A stretch of DNA of 57,049 bases, taken from positions 1-57,049 of IMG/VR virus record IMGVR_UViG_3300025048_000003; one strand, given 5' to 3'. Made by a program: the position numbers and the translations under genes. The notes below the pieces were generated by a model, which ran no database searches, was not told the origin of the DNA, and worked only from the letters and a program-made list of their open reading frames with translations. Shown here piece after piece: positions 25,948-35,838 of the stretch. Positions within the stretch are counted from its first letter, which is position 1, and each line of letters starts with the position of its first letter. This DNA is from a virus (lineage: Duplodnaviria; Caudoviricetes).

Positions 25948-27336
25948 ATGGCTAATAGCTTAGTAAATAAGGCTGACAACACTGGCGGATCGCTAAGTGG
26001 ATCGGGCTTGAAAACAACCCCAGAGAATTATATTTCTCTAGGAGCTTTGTTGGACCCAACAAAACCAGACGTACAAGACTTGTATGTCCAGACATTTGGG
26101 GATCAAGGAATTACAGGTTTTTTGGAGCTCACAGGAGCTAAAAAGAACGCAGGGACTGCTGACCTTTCTGAGTGGTACGAAGAAGGCAGACTACACAAAA
26201 CACTTGCTTACACTGCTCTTACAGCAGCTGAGCCAGGTGTTCTTGCTTGCGACAATGACCCTGTTGGCGAGAACGTTAGATTAAACGATGTTCTTTTGTT
26301 GCACGACGGGCAGAGAGTAGTTGTAGTAGATATTGATGCTGCTACATCTTCTGTTAAGGTGGCTAGCCTCAAGGGTGGAAACACAACCGCAATTGGAACT
26401 ACTAGTAAGACAGCTGCCATTATTGGAAATATTTACGCTCAGGGAACCGATCAGCCTTCTTCATTCTATCAAACTGGTCTGGTAAAGAGAACCAACCCAT
26501 ACATCATCACTAAGGAGATGTACGAGGTAAGCGGATCTCAGGCTACTAACATCGGTTGGTTGAACGTAAACGGACAGTACATGTGGTACTTGAAGAACGA
26601 AATGGATGCTCGTAAGCGGTTCATGAATCAGCGAGAGATGATGTTGTTGTACTCTCAGGGAGTAACCACAACTGCCGACTCAATCGGCATGGGTGATGCC
26701 CAAGGTACTTCCATTGCTGGGTCTGAAGGTTATTTTTCTGCTGTAGAGGCTAGAGGTATCACAGCTAGCGTTTCTGGTGGTGCTCAGGGTTCGTTCGCTT
26801 CTATGAGCGATGTCGATCAGATCATCCTCGAACTCGACAAAGAAGGAGCTCCTGCTGAGTACGCTATGTACGTAAACAGAGCAACATCTTTGGATCTCGA
26901 CGACATGCTCGCTAGCGGTATCGCTACACAGGTGACTGCTGGCTTGGCTGGTCAGTTCGGTGCGTTTAACAATGACGCTGACATGGCTGTACGGCTTGGC
27001 TTTAAGTCATTTACTCGTGGTGGATATACTTTCCACAAGCACGACTGGAAGCTGTTAAATGACCCAACATTGGGTGCTTTGAGCAATGTCTTTAAAGGAG
27101 CTATGATTCCAATGTCTCAAGTTGCTGACGCTAAGTCTGGTGTTAAGTCACCAGCTTTGCAGATGAACTACAAGGCTGCTGGAAGCTACTCTCGTGAGAT
27201 GGAGCACTGGGTAACTGGTGGTGGTGTTCTCGGACACTCCAACGCTGCAAACGGTAAGGATACTGCTATCTTTAACTACCGTTCTGAGTGTAACCTCGTT
27301 ACTCGCGCTGCTAACCAGCACGTTGTATTGAAATAA
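25948..27336 (+). CDS. major capsid protein
   Basis: 462 aa with W.EEGRLH, GF.SF.RGGY.FHK.DWK.LND and SEC.L....AN motifs; follows the scaffold and precedes a strong terminator. Confidence 0.85.
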   Translation: MANSLVNKADNTGGSLSGSGLKTTPENYISLGALLDPTKPDVQDLYVQTFGDQGITGFLELTGAKKNAGTADLSEWYEEGRLHKTLAYTALTAAEPGVLACDNDPVGENVRLNDVLLLHDGQRVVVVDIDAATSSVKVASLKGGNTTAIGTTSKTAAIIGNIYAQGTDQPSSFYQTGLVKRTNPYIITKEMYEVSGSQATNIGWLNVNGQYMWYLKNEMDARKRFMNQREMMLLYSQGVTTTADSIGMGDAQGTSIAGSEGYFSAVEARGITASVSGGAQGSFASMSDVDQIILELDKEGAPAEYAMYVNRATSLDLDDMLASGIATQVTAGLAGQFGAFNNDADMAVRLGFKSFTRGGYTFHKHDWKLLNDPTLGALSNVFKGAMIPMSQVADAKSGVKSPALQMNYKAAGSYSREMEHWVTGGGVLGHSNAANGKDTAIFNYRSECNLVTRAANQHVVLK

Positions 27337-27352
27337 TTAATCTGAAGTGATT

Positions 27353-27378
27353 GAGAAGGCCCTTCGGGGCTTTCTCTT
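27353..27378 (+). terminator. hairpin / terminator after the MCP gene
   Basis: GAGAAGGCCC-TTCG-GGGCTTTCTC. Confidence 0.75.
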
Positions 27379-27401
27379 GATCTTCATAATATTTAGAACA
27401 A

Positions 27402-27800
27402 ATGGCTAATATTTTTCCTTTAATTTCAGAAAGGGCATCAGAAACGGTGACTCTTTCTATCGCCGCAGCAGATACATCAGCTACTCACAGCCTCGCGGTA
27501 AAATCAAGAACGATCCTTATAGATGCTGAGGGTGCGGACGCTGCGTGTACTCACGTAGTGAACGTAACGGCTCCAAATGGAATGATCTTTTTTGTTGACT
27601 TTCTTGACTCTGGATCTCTTAATGCAAACACCGCTACTGCCGCAGCGAGCTCTGTTACACTTAAAAAAGGAGATAACACAATTCTTCTTGATGCTGTAGC
27701 TGAGGCTGCTTGTGTTCGGGTAACCGAAAATGGCTTTGTAGACGGGTCTAACATCCTTGGAACCGCGTTAGGAGCCACTTCAGGCGCTACATTCGGGTAA
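27402..27800 (+). CDS. putative auxiliary capsid protein
   Basis: 132 aa, A/T/S-rich, directly after the MCP. Confidence 0.5.
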   Translation: MANIFPLISERASETVTLSIAAADTSATHSLAVKSRTILIDAEGADAACTHVVNVTAPNGMIFFVDFLDSGSLNANTATAAASSVTLKKGDNTILLDAVAEAACVRVTENGFVDGSNILGTALGATSGATFG

Positions 27801-27875
27801 AATACACTGGTAATTGAGTTCGGACTTCGGTCCTTACTCTCTTATCTCTTTTTCGAACTTTAATTTAATACTATT

Positions 27876-28700
27876 ATGAATCAAACAACTAAGCGCCCAC
27901 CAGGGCGACCAAAAAAAGCTGCACCCGCAGTAGCTGTGGCAGAAGCCCCAGCAAAACAACAGCCTAAGAAGAAGGCTATTCGACGTCAAGAGAAGGTATC
28001 CGCCACCCAGGAATACAAAGCCAATGGGAGCGGTGCTGTAATGATGCTTATGCAGAGCGGCATCACTGTGTACGACGAAGAAACAGGTATGGTGCGAGAG
28101 ATTCGCTATTGCGAGAATGAAAACTCTATCTGGAAAGATGAACAAGCTGATCGGTCTGTAAAGACCCCAGTCATCTTCCGTATGGGTAGACTATTTGTAA
28201 ACGAACGACAGCCTAACCTCCAAAACTTCCTTGAGATCCATCCTGAGAACAAAGCCAACGGCGGTAGTCTGTTCGAGCTAGTAGACAACCTAAAAAAGGT
28301 TGAGGTAGATATCGACAACGAGTTCCTCGTAAACGATGCTATTACTATGCTTCGAAATAAAGAGCTTGATGAGCTTCTAGCTGTAGCCTTGGCGTATGGG
28401 ATGGACATTGACCGCCCTACCTCTGAGGTAAAGCATGACCTTCTCCTCAAGGCTAAGAAGTCACCGAAGGTATTCATCGAGTCATTCGATAACCCAGTAG
28501 TGGCTATGAAGTCTAAGATTAGACAAGCAATTTCTTATCAAATTATAAAAGCAGACAACGATGGCATTAAGTGGTTTGACACTAACAAGCACATTGTATC
28601 GGTGCCTGCTGGACAGGATCCTGTTGACGTTTTTGTTCGTTACTGCTTGACCGAGGCTGCTGCCCCCGTCGTAGCCGAGATCGAGCGACAGTTGGACTAA
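27876..28700 (+). CDS. conserved morphogenesis-module protein
   Basis: 274 aa with REIRYC.NE.S and LQ.FL..HP.N motifs; position typical of crAss-like head modules. Confidence 0.65.
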   Translation: MNQTTKRPPGRPKKAAPAVAVAEAPAKQQPKKKAIRRQEKVSATQEYKANGSGAVMMLMQSGITVYDEETGMVREIRYCENENSIWKDEQADRSVKTPVIFRMGRLFVNERQPNLQNFLEIHPENKANGGSLFELVDNLKKVEVDIDNEFLVNDAITMLRNKELDELLAVALAYGMDIDRPTSEVKHDLLLKAKKSPKVFIESFDNPVVAMKSKIRQAISYQIIKADNDGIKWFDTNKHIVSVPAGQDPVDVFVRYCLTEAAAPVVAEIERQLD

Positions 28701-28720
28701 ACGTATCTATATATGGACAG

Positions 28721-28754
28721 GAGAGGCTCCCTTTTTTGGGGGCTTTTTCTTTTT
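28721..28754 (+). terminator. intrinsic terminator
   Basis: GAGAGGCTCCC-loop-GGGGGCTTTTT followed by a T-rich tail. Confidence 0.7.
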
Positions 28755-28768
28755 CGTATATTTGCTTC

Positions 28769-29512
28769 ATGGCAAAGACAATGGGAGCTAGTGTAGTAAC
28801 CGTATATGAAGCAGTGCGTGATCTCGCTAACAAGGATCAGCAGGGCTTTGTCACGGATAATGAGTTTAACTCATTTGCTAGAGTGGCTCAGCTTAATATA
28901 TTCAATGCGCTTTTTGACGAGCTCAAGGATGCAAGGAGAATGTCTAGAAACACCTTCAATCCAAGCAGGGATAAAGACAGAAGAAAAAGAATTCTTGAAG
29001 ACCTTTCTTCATTTTCCACATCGGCTGTCATTGCAAAAAGCTCTGAAGTATTTAACATGACTGACGACTCAGGCGCTGATATGTCTAGAATTATTAGCAT
29101 AAGCACTGCGGGAAGCATAATATTGGACGTGTCTACTACAACCCCTATTGATATTTGCTATGATGAGGAGAAGATAGAAAGAATACTCATCAGTAACATT
29201 AGCGCCCCTACAGAAGATTTTCCTGTAGCTCTTGTTTCAGATGACATTCATGTATTTCCCACATCCATAAACAAGATTAAGGTTAGATACTACAGATTTC
29301 CTATGGGAAGGTCAAGCACGGGCGCAACATCAACCACAGCTGTAACTTACACCACCAGTGGCTCTAGCATTGATTTTGAGCTTCCAGAGCATTATGTGTC
29401 TGATTTAGTTTATGAAATAGCCAGGATGATTGGGGTTAACTTGAGGGACAATGACGTCATCACATACACGGGGCAAGAGATGACGAATAAGAAACAAGCA
29501 GAGACATTATAA
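28769..29512 (+). CDS. tail ring / adaptor protein
   Basis: LANK.Q.GF.T..EFN..A..AQ motif; synteny before the muzzle gene. Confidence 0.65.
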   Translation: MAKTMGASVVTVYEAVRDLANKDQQGFVTDNEFNSFARVAQLNIFNALFDELKDARRMSRNTFNPSRDKDRRKRILEDLSSFSTSAVIAKSSEVFNMTDDSGADMSRIISISTAGSIILDVSTTTPIDICYDEEKIERILISNISAPTEDFPVALVSDDIHVFPTSINKIKVRYYRFPMGRSSTGATSTTAVTYTTSGSSIDFELPEHYVSDLVYEIARMIGVNLRDNDVITYTGQEMTNKKQAETL

Positions 29513-30339
29513 TGGCTAGAAATACAGTACCTCTTAATCAGATCATAAATGACTTCATCATCACTCTTGCTGATGATGATTATGCTGGAAACGCTTCTGA
29601 CGTCCAAGTAAGAACTCACGCTTTGCGGGGTATTCGCGATATGGGATTTGATGTGTCTAAAAAAATTCGCTCTTTAGTCCTTGCTATAAACAGCGTAAAC
29701 AATACCGTCGAGCTTCCAGACGATTTTGTAGATTGGAGCAAGGTCGGTGTGGTTGGCTCTGATGGGTTGGTATATGTTCTTGGGGAAAACAAAAACATAA
29801 ACTACTCTCAGGCCTACCAGGATGGTCACGGCATAAAAGTAACAGACTCAGATGACGCTGCCGACTCCGATGGAGACGGGGTGTTTGACAGGATTGAGGA
29901 TAAGAATTCTACAGCTGGTTCAGTTGAATCAACTGATTTCAATTCAACGGTATTTAGGGATTACTACTACGGTAACCAAAACGCTATTTACGGAGCTGGA
30001 GGTGGCAGGTATAGAGGTGAGTTTAGGGTTAACCTAGATCAGAACAGGATTGAAATTAGCCCAATATCTAATGTGTCAGAAGTGGTTATTGAATATGTGG
30101 CTGATGAAGCTAGATCTAAAAACCCTTCGGTTCACGTATATCTCGAAGAGGCGCTTACCTCTTATATGTATTACAGAATAATTGAGCGTAAAGCCTCCGT
30201 GCCAGCCAACGAAAAAGCTAGGGCCAGAACAGAATATTACAACGAACTCAGAAAAGCAAATGCTCGTATGAAGTCATTTACTAAAGAAGAGGCGTTGAAG
30301 ACAATCAGAAAGAATTACAAACAGTCACCTAAGTTCTAA
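29512..30339 (+). CDS. tail ring / tubular protein
   Basis: LP.DFV...KV and EEAL..Y.YY motifs; synteny. Confidence 0.65.
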   Translation: MARNTVPLNQIINDFIITLADDDYAGNASDVQVRTHALRGIRDMGFDVSKKIRSLVLAINSVNNTVELPDDFVDWSKVGVVGSDGLVYVLGENKNINYSQAYQDGHGIKVTDSDDAADSDGDGVFDRIEDKNSTAGSVESTDFNSTVFRDYYYGNQNAIYGAGGGRYRGEFRVNLDQNRIEISPISNVSEVVIEYVADEARSKNPSVHVYLEEALTSYMYYRIIERKASVPANEKARARTEYYNELRKANARMKSFTKEEALKTIRKNYKQSPKF

Positions 30340-33300
30340 TGGCGATTGATAAACTAATACCACGCTTCCTCGTCAGTGATGAGGACGAGCGTTTGCTGAA
30401 AGAGGGCGCCATGACCGACGCTCTCAACGTAACTATATCTGAAAGCGGAGACCAAAGTGAGGGTGTGTTAAAGGGCGTGAAAGGCACCATAGGGGCTAGT
30501 GCCTCTACTGGTGCAGACTTGGTGGCGAGCGGAGATCCAATAACAGCAATAGGTAGTGTTGCAGACCATGTAAACGGAAAGATATACTTTTTTGTAGCGG
30601 ATGATACTGGATCCACTCAAGACGCTATATATCAGTACGATACAGCAACCGACACTTACAGGTCTGTTTACAGGAGCTCTTACTTTAATTTCAATCCCTC
30701 CGATCCCGTTAAGGCCGATATAGTAAGAAGAGACTTCGACGACAGCGGAAGACCTCAGACTGTAATCTATTTTACAGACGGGGTAAACCCACCTAGAAAA
30801 ATAAACGTTGACAGAGCCCTAGAAGGGGACTATGGGGTTATGGAGGCTACTGGTCATTTAGATTTTGCTTTTCAATCAATAAAAGCAGCCCCGAACTTTC
30901 CACCCACATTTAGGTTTGAAACAGACTCAAGTGTAGAGCTTAATAATTTTACTAAGGACACCTTTCAGTTCGCTACGCAGCTTATATACAACGATGGTGA
31001 AGAGTCTGCCCTGTCACCATACTCTAAATTAGCGTTTTCTAAATCGGTTACCTATCAAGGTATGCCTAATAGTTCTGGTAAGATAAACGATAATAACGTT
31101 TGTAAAATTATAACGAACTGGTCTCCATCTCAATTCGATTTTGAGCATATCGCTGACGTTGCGAAAATAAGGCTGTTGGCTAGAAGTGGTAATGATGGTG
31201 TGTTTTTTAAAATAGATGAGTTTAATCCAACCGCATCAATTTCTAGGAATATATATGGGAGTAATGTAAATATATTTAACAATATATCTCAAGAGTATAA
31301 ATGGTACAATGAAGGTGTTTATGCATCTGTAGACCAGACAACAGTAAATAAGATGTTTGATAATATCCCGTTTACCGCTGAAGGTCAGGCTGTGGCGGGA
31401 AATAGGTTGTTTTACTCTAACTACACTGAAGGCAGGGATAACGTTGATACTAGCGTTAGCATGACCGTAAACTATGAGAAACCACCCAGCAGCTCAACGA
31501 GTGACTATACAGGAAGTGCTTCTTCTATAATTCAAGAAGCTAATGGGGGGTCTGCAGCGGGCGTGGCTAATAATGGAGATGTATTTATAAACCTAGTTGG
31601 AGGTGGGATTTCTTGGCCTGATGGTTCGACGGATCCAGCTGGTTTGGTTCCAGCGGGAACCACGACAACTATATCGTTTAACTACAATGCTCAAGGGTTT
31701 TTTTACGGAAGCCCATACGTTACTCAGCTAACTTGTAAAGATGCGACGGAGGCCCAAAATACTTTCACCATGAATTTGGGTACTGGAGCGGGCGACGGAC
31801 TCCACATAGATCTTGGAGACGCAAACGCAAGTGTATCTGCCACCATTACTAACGTAGAAGAAATAACAGTTAGTGCTTTGGCTACGCTGTTTATGAATAA
31901 GTTTACGGATGAGGTTACCGCTACAAAAACTTACAATATAGCCAACCCTTCTATCACTGGTGTTGTCACAAGCGGCAGCGGTACATCTAACTTCACTGCT
32001 GGATCGTCCGTTGCTTTTGGTGCCGACGTAGTTGTTTCTTATGCATTTGAGGCTGAAGTTAGCGGGTCTGGCGATGGTGACTTTGTTTTAAAGCCTTACA
32101 TAACGAACGCTACGTTTTCCAATCCTACTCAGAATAGCGGGGAGTTTTCTATATACGCTCAATCTTTTCTTTCTTCAGATGAGCAGTCTGATTTAAACTA
32201 TAACATTACCAACACAACCTATTTAAATCAAGAAACAGCAGATTCAAACGCTTTAACTAGCCTTAGGTCATTTAAAGCTGGGTGTACTCACGACCTCGGT
32301 ATTGTTTACTTTGATAAGTTTAATAGGTCAGGATTTGTAAATAAGCTGGGCTCTTTTTATGTAAAGCCTTTTTCTGCTAGATCGGCTGATGAAGAGGGTC
32401 CTGTTTCTGTTACCTTAACGATGGCTAGCCAACCACCTCCTTGGGCATCAGCCTGGCAGTTGGTTTATCCTGGTGCGTCTACTTATGAAAGCTTTGTTAC
32501 TTACACCACTGGAGGTGGATATGTACCTACAAACCCCGATGAGGCTATACCCACCACCCCATCACAGACCGCTGCTCGCGCAGTAACGGGCAAGAAGCAT
32601 GTCTACGTTTCCCTGAACACGCTTGAGAAGTACAAAACCGAAAAAAGCTCCTTAAGAGACTATTCTTTTACTGTAGGGGACAAGCTAAGAGTTATTTCTT
32701 ATGATTCCGATAATGACAATACCCCAGATATTGACTATGTTAAGGCTAACGATGGGTCTCCAGTAGAGTTTGATATAATCGGTGTTGAAATCCTTGGTAC
32801 CTCGGACAATCCCCTCGCTGGCAATGCGAGTACTGTACCAGACCATTTGCAGGGAACCTTTCTAGTGTTAGAGGCTCCAGCCGTTGAGTCTAGCTTGCAG
32901 GTAGACACTAACAGCAACGGCGCAACCGACTCTGGATTAAAGTTCGATGGGTGGGATTGGTTTACACTAAGCAATACCGCTTATCCAGACGCTACAGCTG
33001 CTTCTCAGGCAAACTACTGGGGAAGAAATAGCTTGGTGGAAATACTTACGCCTAGGAAAACCGTTTCCGATCAGGTTTATTACGAAGTGGGGGAATCTCA
33101 TAAGGCTAATGTATGGGATGGAGTTAAATTCACCACTCAGCACGGACCTACTATAACACTTACGGAGGGAGATGTTCACTGGAGGCAGATAGCAACATCT
33201 ACAGCCTTCTATGACGGCGCCTGGACCACTCAGATCAACGACCCCGACACATGGAGGTTCGAAGAAGCCTGGGTGGAGACTAGCGCGGTATCTGATTTCT

Positions 33301-34646
33301 TTTCTTCTAAAGACTGGAGCAGGGGAAGGCCCCATGTTGCTTTTGAGCGATCTGCTGAAAGAAGGGTTGAGAATGGAATTATTTTTGGAGATGCTTATGC
33401 AGAGGATGTTGAGAAGCTGTCTCTAACTTCTTTTAACCCTAGTTTAGGTAACTTCGATTCCGTTGAATCTTCTTATGGTCCGCTAAGATATTTAGGTAAC
33501 TATAACGATGACTTAGTTGGCCTTCAGCAAAACAAGCTCAGTTTAATTCCAGTCGGCAAGAATATAATCGAATATGCAGGGGGATCAAGCAACGTGGCTA
33601 TTTCCACAGACGTATTAGGCCAAAAAAGATATTCTACTGGTGACTATGGATGCGGAAACAATCCAGAAGCTGTTTTGATAAAAGATAATACGGTTTACTT
33701 TGTGGATAAGTCTAGGCAAGCTGTTTGCGTCCTTTCAGGGGGACAGCTAACACCTATATCTGAGAAGAACATGAGTTCTTTCTTTGAAGACTTCTTTTCA
33801 GTTTCGGCTACAAAATATGTAAGTGGATATGATCCTAGAGATAACTTCTACTATATAACTAGACTCACCTCTGACGGAACTAATCAATCGACTGTTGGTT
33901 ATGACGCAAGTAGAGGTGTTTGGCAGAGCAGGTACAGCTTCACCCCAGACGTATATGCAGATGTAGACAACATGATGTATAGTGCGAAATACAAAGACGG
34001 CACAACAGACCTCATGTTTTGGAGGCATGATTCGTCAAATAGAAACGTTTTTCACGGTGAAGGCGTCGCCGCTTCTTCTTTTCAAATGGTTTCAAAGATT
34101 TCGCCCTCTAAAGTTAAAGTATTTAAATCTATCTCTATCGAGGGTGATGGATCTACCAACGCAAACTGGGACATAAGTCCAGGTATAACCACCGACCTTG
34201 GTCAGTTGTCTGGAACCATAACCTTATTCACAGGAGATAGAGAGGGTAGCTACTACGCTGCAATACCCAGAGATACGTCTGGCAACAGCACGAGCGAAAA
34301 TGTTTATTTAGGCAACTTGACCGCCTCTAACGGCAACACTACATTCACCTCAAGTAACGTCAGGATAGACAGGTTAAATATTCCCCTTGGTGTAGACGTG
34401 TCTATAAACTCTGAAACTGTTCAGATTAGCGCTGTATCTAAAAACAGCTTTACTTTGTCTGCAACAAACTCAAGCATCGCTGGTGACAACATAACTATGG
34501 AGGGTCCAGAAGCTAACGGAGACGTCATGAGGGGTCATTGGGCAAAAATAAACCTAACAAACACAGCAGGTGGTAACGGGGAGTTATACTCAATTAACGT
34601 TAACGTGTCCGATTCTAAGTATCATAGCTCACTAGGAGAACAATAA
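30339..34646 (+). CDS. tail stabilisation / muzzle protein (P22 gp10-like position)
   Basis: 1435 aa with D.DERL...G...DALN, YFTDG.NPPRKIN, Q...GNRL.Y.NY.EG and YG....PE motifs. Confidence 0.75.
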   Translation: MAIDKLIPRFLVSDEDERLLKEGAMTDALNVTISESGDQSEGVLKGVKGTIGASASTGADLVASGDPITAIGSVADHVNGKIYFFVADDTGSTQDAIYQYDTATDTYRSVYRSSYFNFNPSDPVKADIVRRDFDDSGRPQTVIYFTDGVNPPRKINVDRALEGDYGVMEATGHLDFAFQSIKAAPNFPPTFRFETDSSVELNNFTKDTFQFATQLIYNDGEESALSPYSKLAFSKSVTYQGMPNSSGKINDNNVCKIITNWSPSQFDFEHIADVAKIRLLARSGNDGVFFKIDEFNPTASISRNIYGSNVNIFNNISQEYKWYNEGVYASVDQTTVNKMFDNIPFTAEGQAVAGNRLFYSNYTEGRDNVDTSVSMTVNYEKPPSSSTSDYTGSASSIIQEANGGSAAGVANNGDVFINLVGGGISWPDGSTDPAGLVPAGTTTTISFNYNAQGFFYGSPYVTQLTCKDATEAQNTFTMNLGTGAGDGLHIDLGDANASVSATITNVEEITVSALATLFMNKFTDEVTATKTYNIANPSITGVVTSGSGTSNFTAGSSVAFGADVVVSYAFEAEVSGSGDGDFVLKPYITNATFSNPTQNSGEFSIYAQSFLSSDEQSDLNYNITNTTYLNQETADSNALTSLRSFKAGCTHDLGIVYFDKFNRSGFVNKLGSFYVKPFSARSADEEGPVSVTLTMASQPPPWASAWQLVYPGASTYESFVTYTTGGGYVPTNPDEAIPTTPSQTAARAVTGKKHVYVSLNTLEKYKTEKSSLRDYSFTVGDKLRVISYDSDNDNTPDIDYVKANDGSPVEFDIIGVEILGTSDNPLAGNASTVPDHLQGTFLVLEAPAVESSLQVDTNSNGATDSGLKFDGWDWFTLSNTAYPDATAASQANYWGRNSLVEILTPRKTVSDQVYYEVGESHKANVWDGVKFTTQHGPTITLTEGDVHWRQIATSTAFYDGAWTTQINDPDTWRFEEAWVETSAVSDFFSSKDWSRGRPHVAFERSAERRVENGIIFGDAYAEDVEKLSLTSFNPSLGNFDSVESSYGPLRYLGNYNDDLVGLQQNKLSLIPVGKNIIEYAGGSSNVAISTDVLGQKRYSTGDYGCGNNPEAVLIKDNTVYFVDKSRQAVCVLSGGQLTPISEKNMSSFFEDFFSVSATKYVSGYDPRDNFYYITRLTSDGTNQSTVGYDASRGVWQSRYSFTPDVYADVDNMMYSAKYKDGTTDLMFWRHDSSNRNVFHGEGVAASSFQMVSKISPSKVKVFKSISIEGDGSTNANWDISPGITTDLGQLSGTITLFTGDREGSYYAAIPRDTSGNSTSENVYLGNLTASNGNTTFTSSNVRIDRLNIPLGVDVSINSETVQISAVSKNSFTLSATNSSIAGDNITMEGPEANGDVMRGHWAKINLTNTAGGNGELYSINVNVSDSKYHSSLGEQ

Positions 34647-34659
34647 CTATATTTGCATT

Positions 34660-35838
34660 ATGCCAGCACCATTAATACCACTAGCTCTGCTAGCCGCGCC
34701 TACGATAATTAATCAGCAGACTGATAAAAAGAGGCTTCAACGTGATACTGATCGAGTAAATAACAGATTAGATAGGCTGGGGGCTCAAGAAAAAGATCTT
34801 CTAGGTAAAAGACAGTACGGAGTTGGAAATTCGTACAATCAGTTTTTGGCTGCTTCAAAACAAGACAAAGCTGCTGATCTGTTAAGGCAACAAGCGTCAC
34901 AGCAAGAAGCTGCTGGTATTGGTGCGCTTAAGGCTGGAGGCGCAAAAGCGTTGCTTGGTGGGTTGGGTTCTGTGCAAGGAGCGGCAGCCAATAAGATGGC
35001 TGGGATAGAGGCTGATTCTCAGGCCAGGCAACAGATTGCCTTAAAGGAATATGCAACGCAAGAACAGCTTTCCAGCGACCGAAATGTACGTCTTGCCTCT
35101 CAAGACTTAAAAAGAACTCAAGCTCTTCATGATTTATCAAGATCTAACAGGGAGCTGTTACGGGGTGAAAAGAGAAGGCAGAAAAATGCGAGAACGGATC
35201 AGTATATGAACATGGCCTCTCAGTTTCTTACTGGTAAGAACGGAGCCAAAGTTCCAGAGTATGTAGATGGAGGATCAAAAGTTGGAAACTTTCTTTTTGG
35301 AGAGCCAGGAGACGACGCTGACAAGAAATTTTTTGAGAAAGACAGAACCGTTGCTGCTGCTGGAGCCTTTTCTCAGGGGGTTAAAGAAGCTAGGGAGATG
35401 AGCAGGTATACTGGTCTTTCGGGAGGACTTCCTCGTGAGGCAGACCAGACCGCTGAAGAGGAAGAAGAAGCGATTCAAAAACGTGAAAATGAATCTGCCA
35501 CTGAGAAGAATACAGCTTTTGAGCGAATTATGGGGAGGCGTCTTGGTGAAAATCTTAACTTTGAGGGCGGCCTAAACGCCACTAAAAAAAGGCTGCTTGA
35601 AAACACAGCTACAGACGAAAAAAGAAATGGCGGCGTACAGAAGACTCCTGGTAAGTTTTCTCACGCAACCAACCCAATAGACATTATGCGAGAGGGCTCT
35701 AAGATTGGAGAAATGACTGGGGGTGAATATATTTTTAACCCAAACCAAGCCAGAACACTAGAGGCCTTGGCTTCTAAGGGGGGCTCTCCCCTTCATAAAT
35801 ATGTAAAGGGTTTGCTAAAAGAATTTGACAAGAGATGA
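34660..35838 (+). CDS. internal cargo / ejection protein 1
   Basis: Q/A/G-rich helical protein with TPG.FSH..NPID and E.TGGEYIFNP motifs; follows the muzzle gene. Confidence 0.6.
   Translation: MPAPLIPLALLAAPTIINQQTDKKRLQRDTDRVNNRLDRLGAQEKDLLGKRQYGVGNSYNQFLAASKQDKAADLLRQQASQQEAAGIGALKAGGAKALLGGLGSVQGAAANKMAGIEADSQARQQIALKEYATQEQLSSDRNVRLASQDLKRTQALHDLSRSNRELLRGEKRRQKNARTDQYMNMASQFLTGKNGAKVPEYVDGGSKVGNFLFGEPGDDADKKFFEKDRTVAAAGAFSQGVKEAREMSRYTGLSGGLPREADQTAEEEEEAIQKRENESATEKNTAFERIMGRRLGENLNFEGGLNATKKRLLENTATDEKRNGGVQKTPGKFSHATNPIDIMREGSKIGEMTGGEYIFNPNQARTLEALASKGGSPLHKYVKGLLKEFDKR

Noticed and set aside
27816-27839. UUCG hairpin GGAC-TTCG-GTCC as an ncRNA
   Set aside because: A single short hairpin; more likely an mRNA stabiliser or weak terminator.
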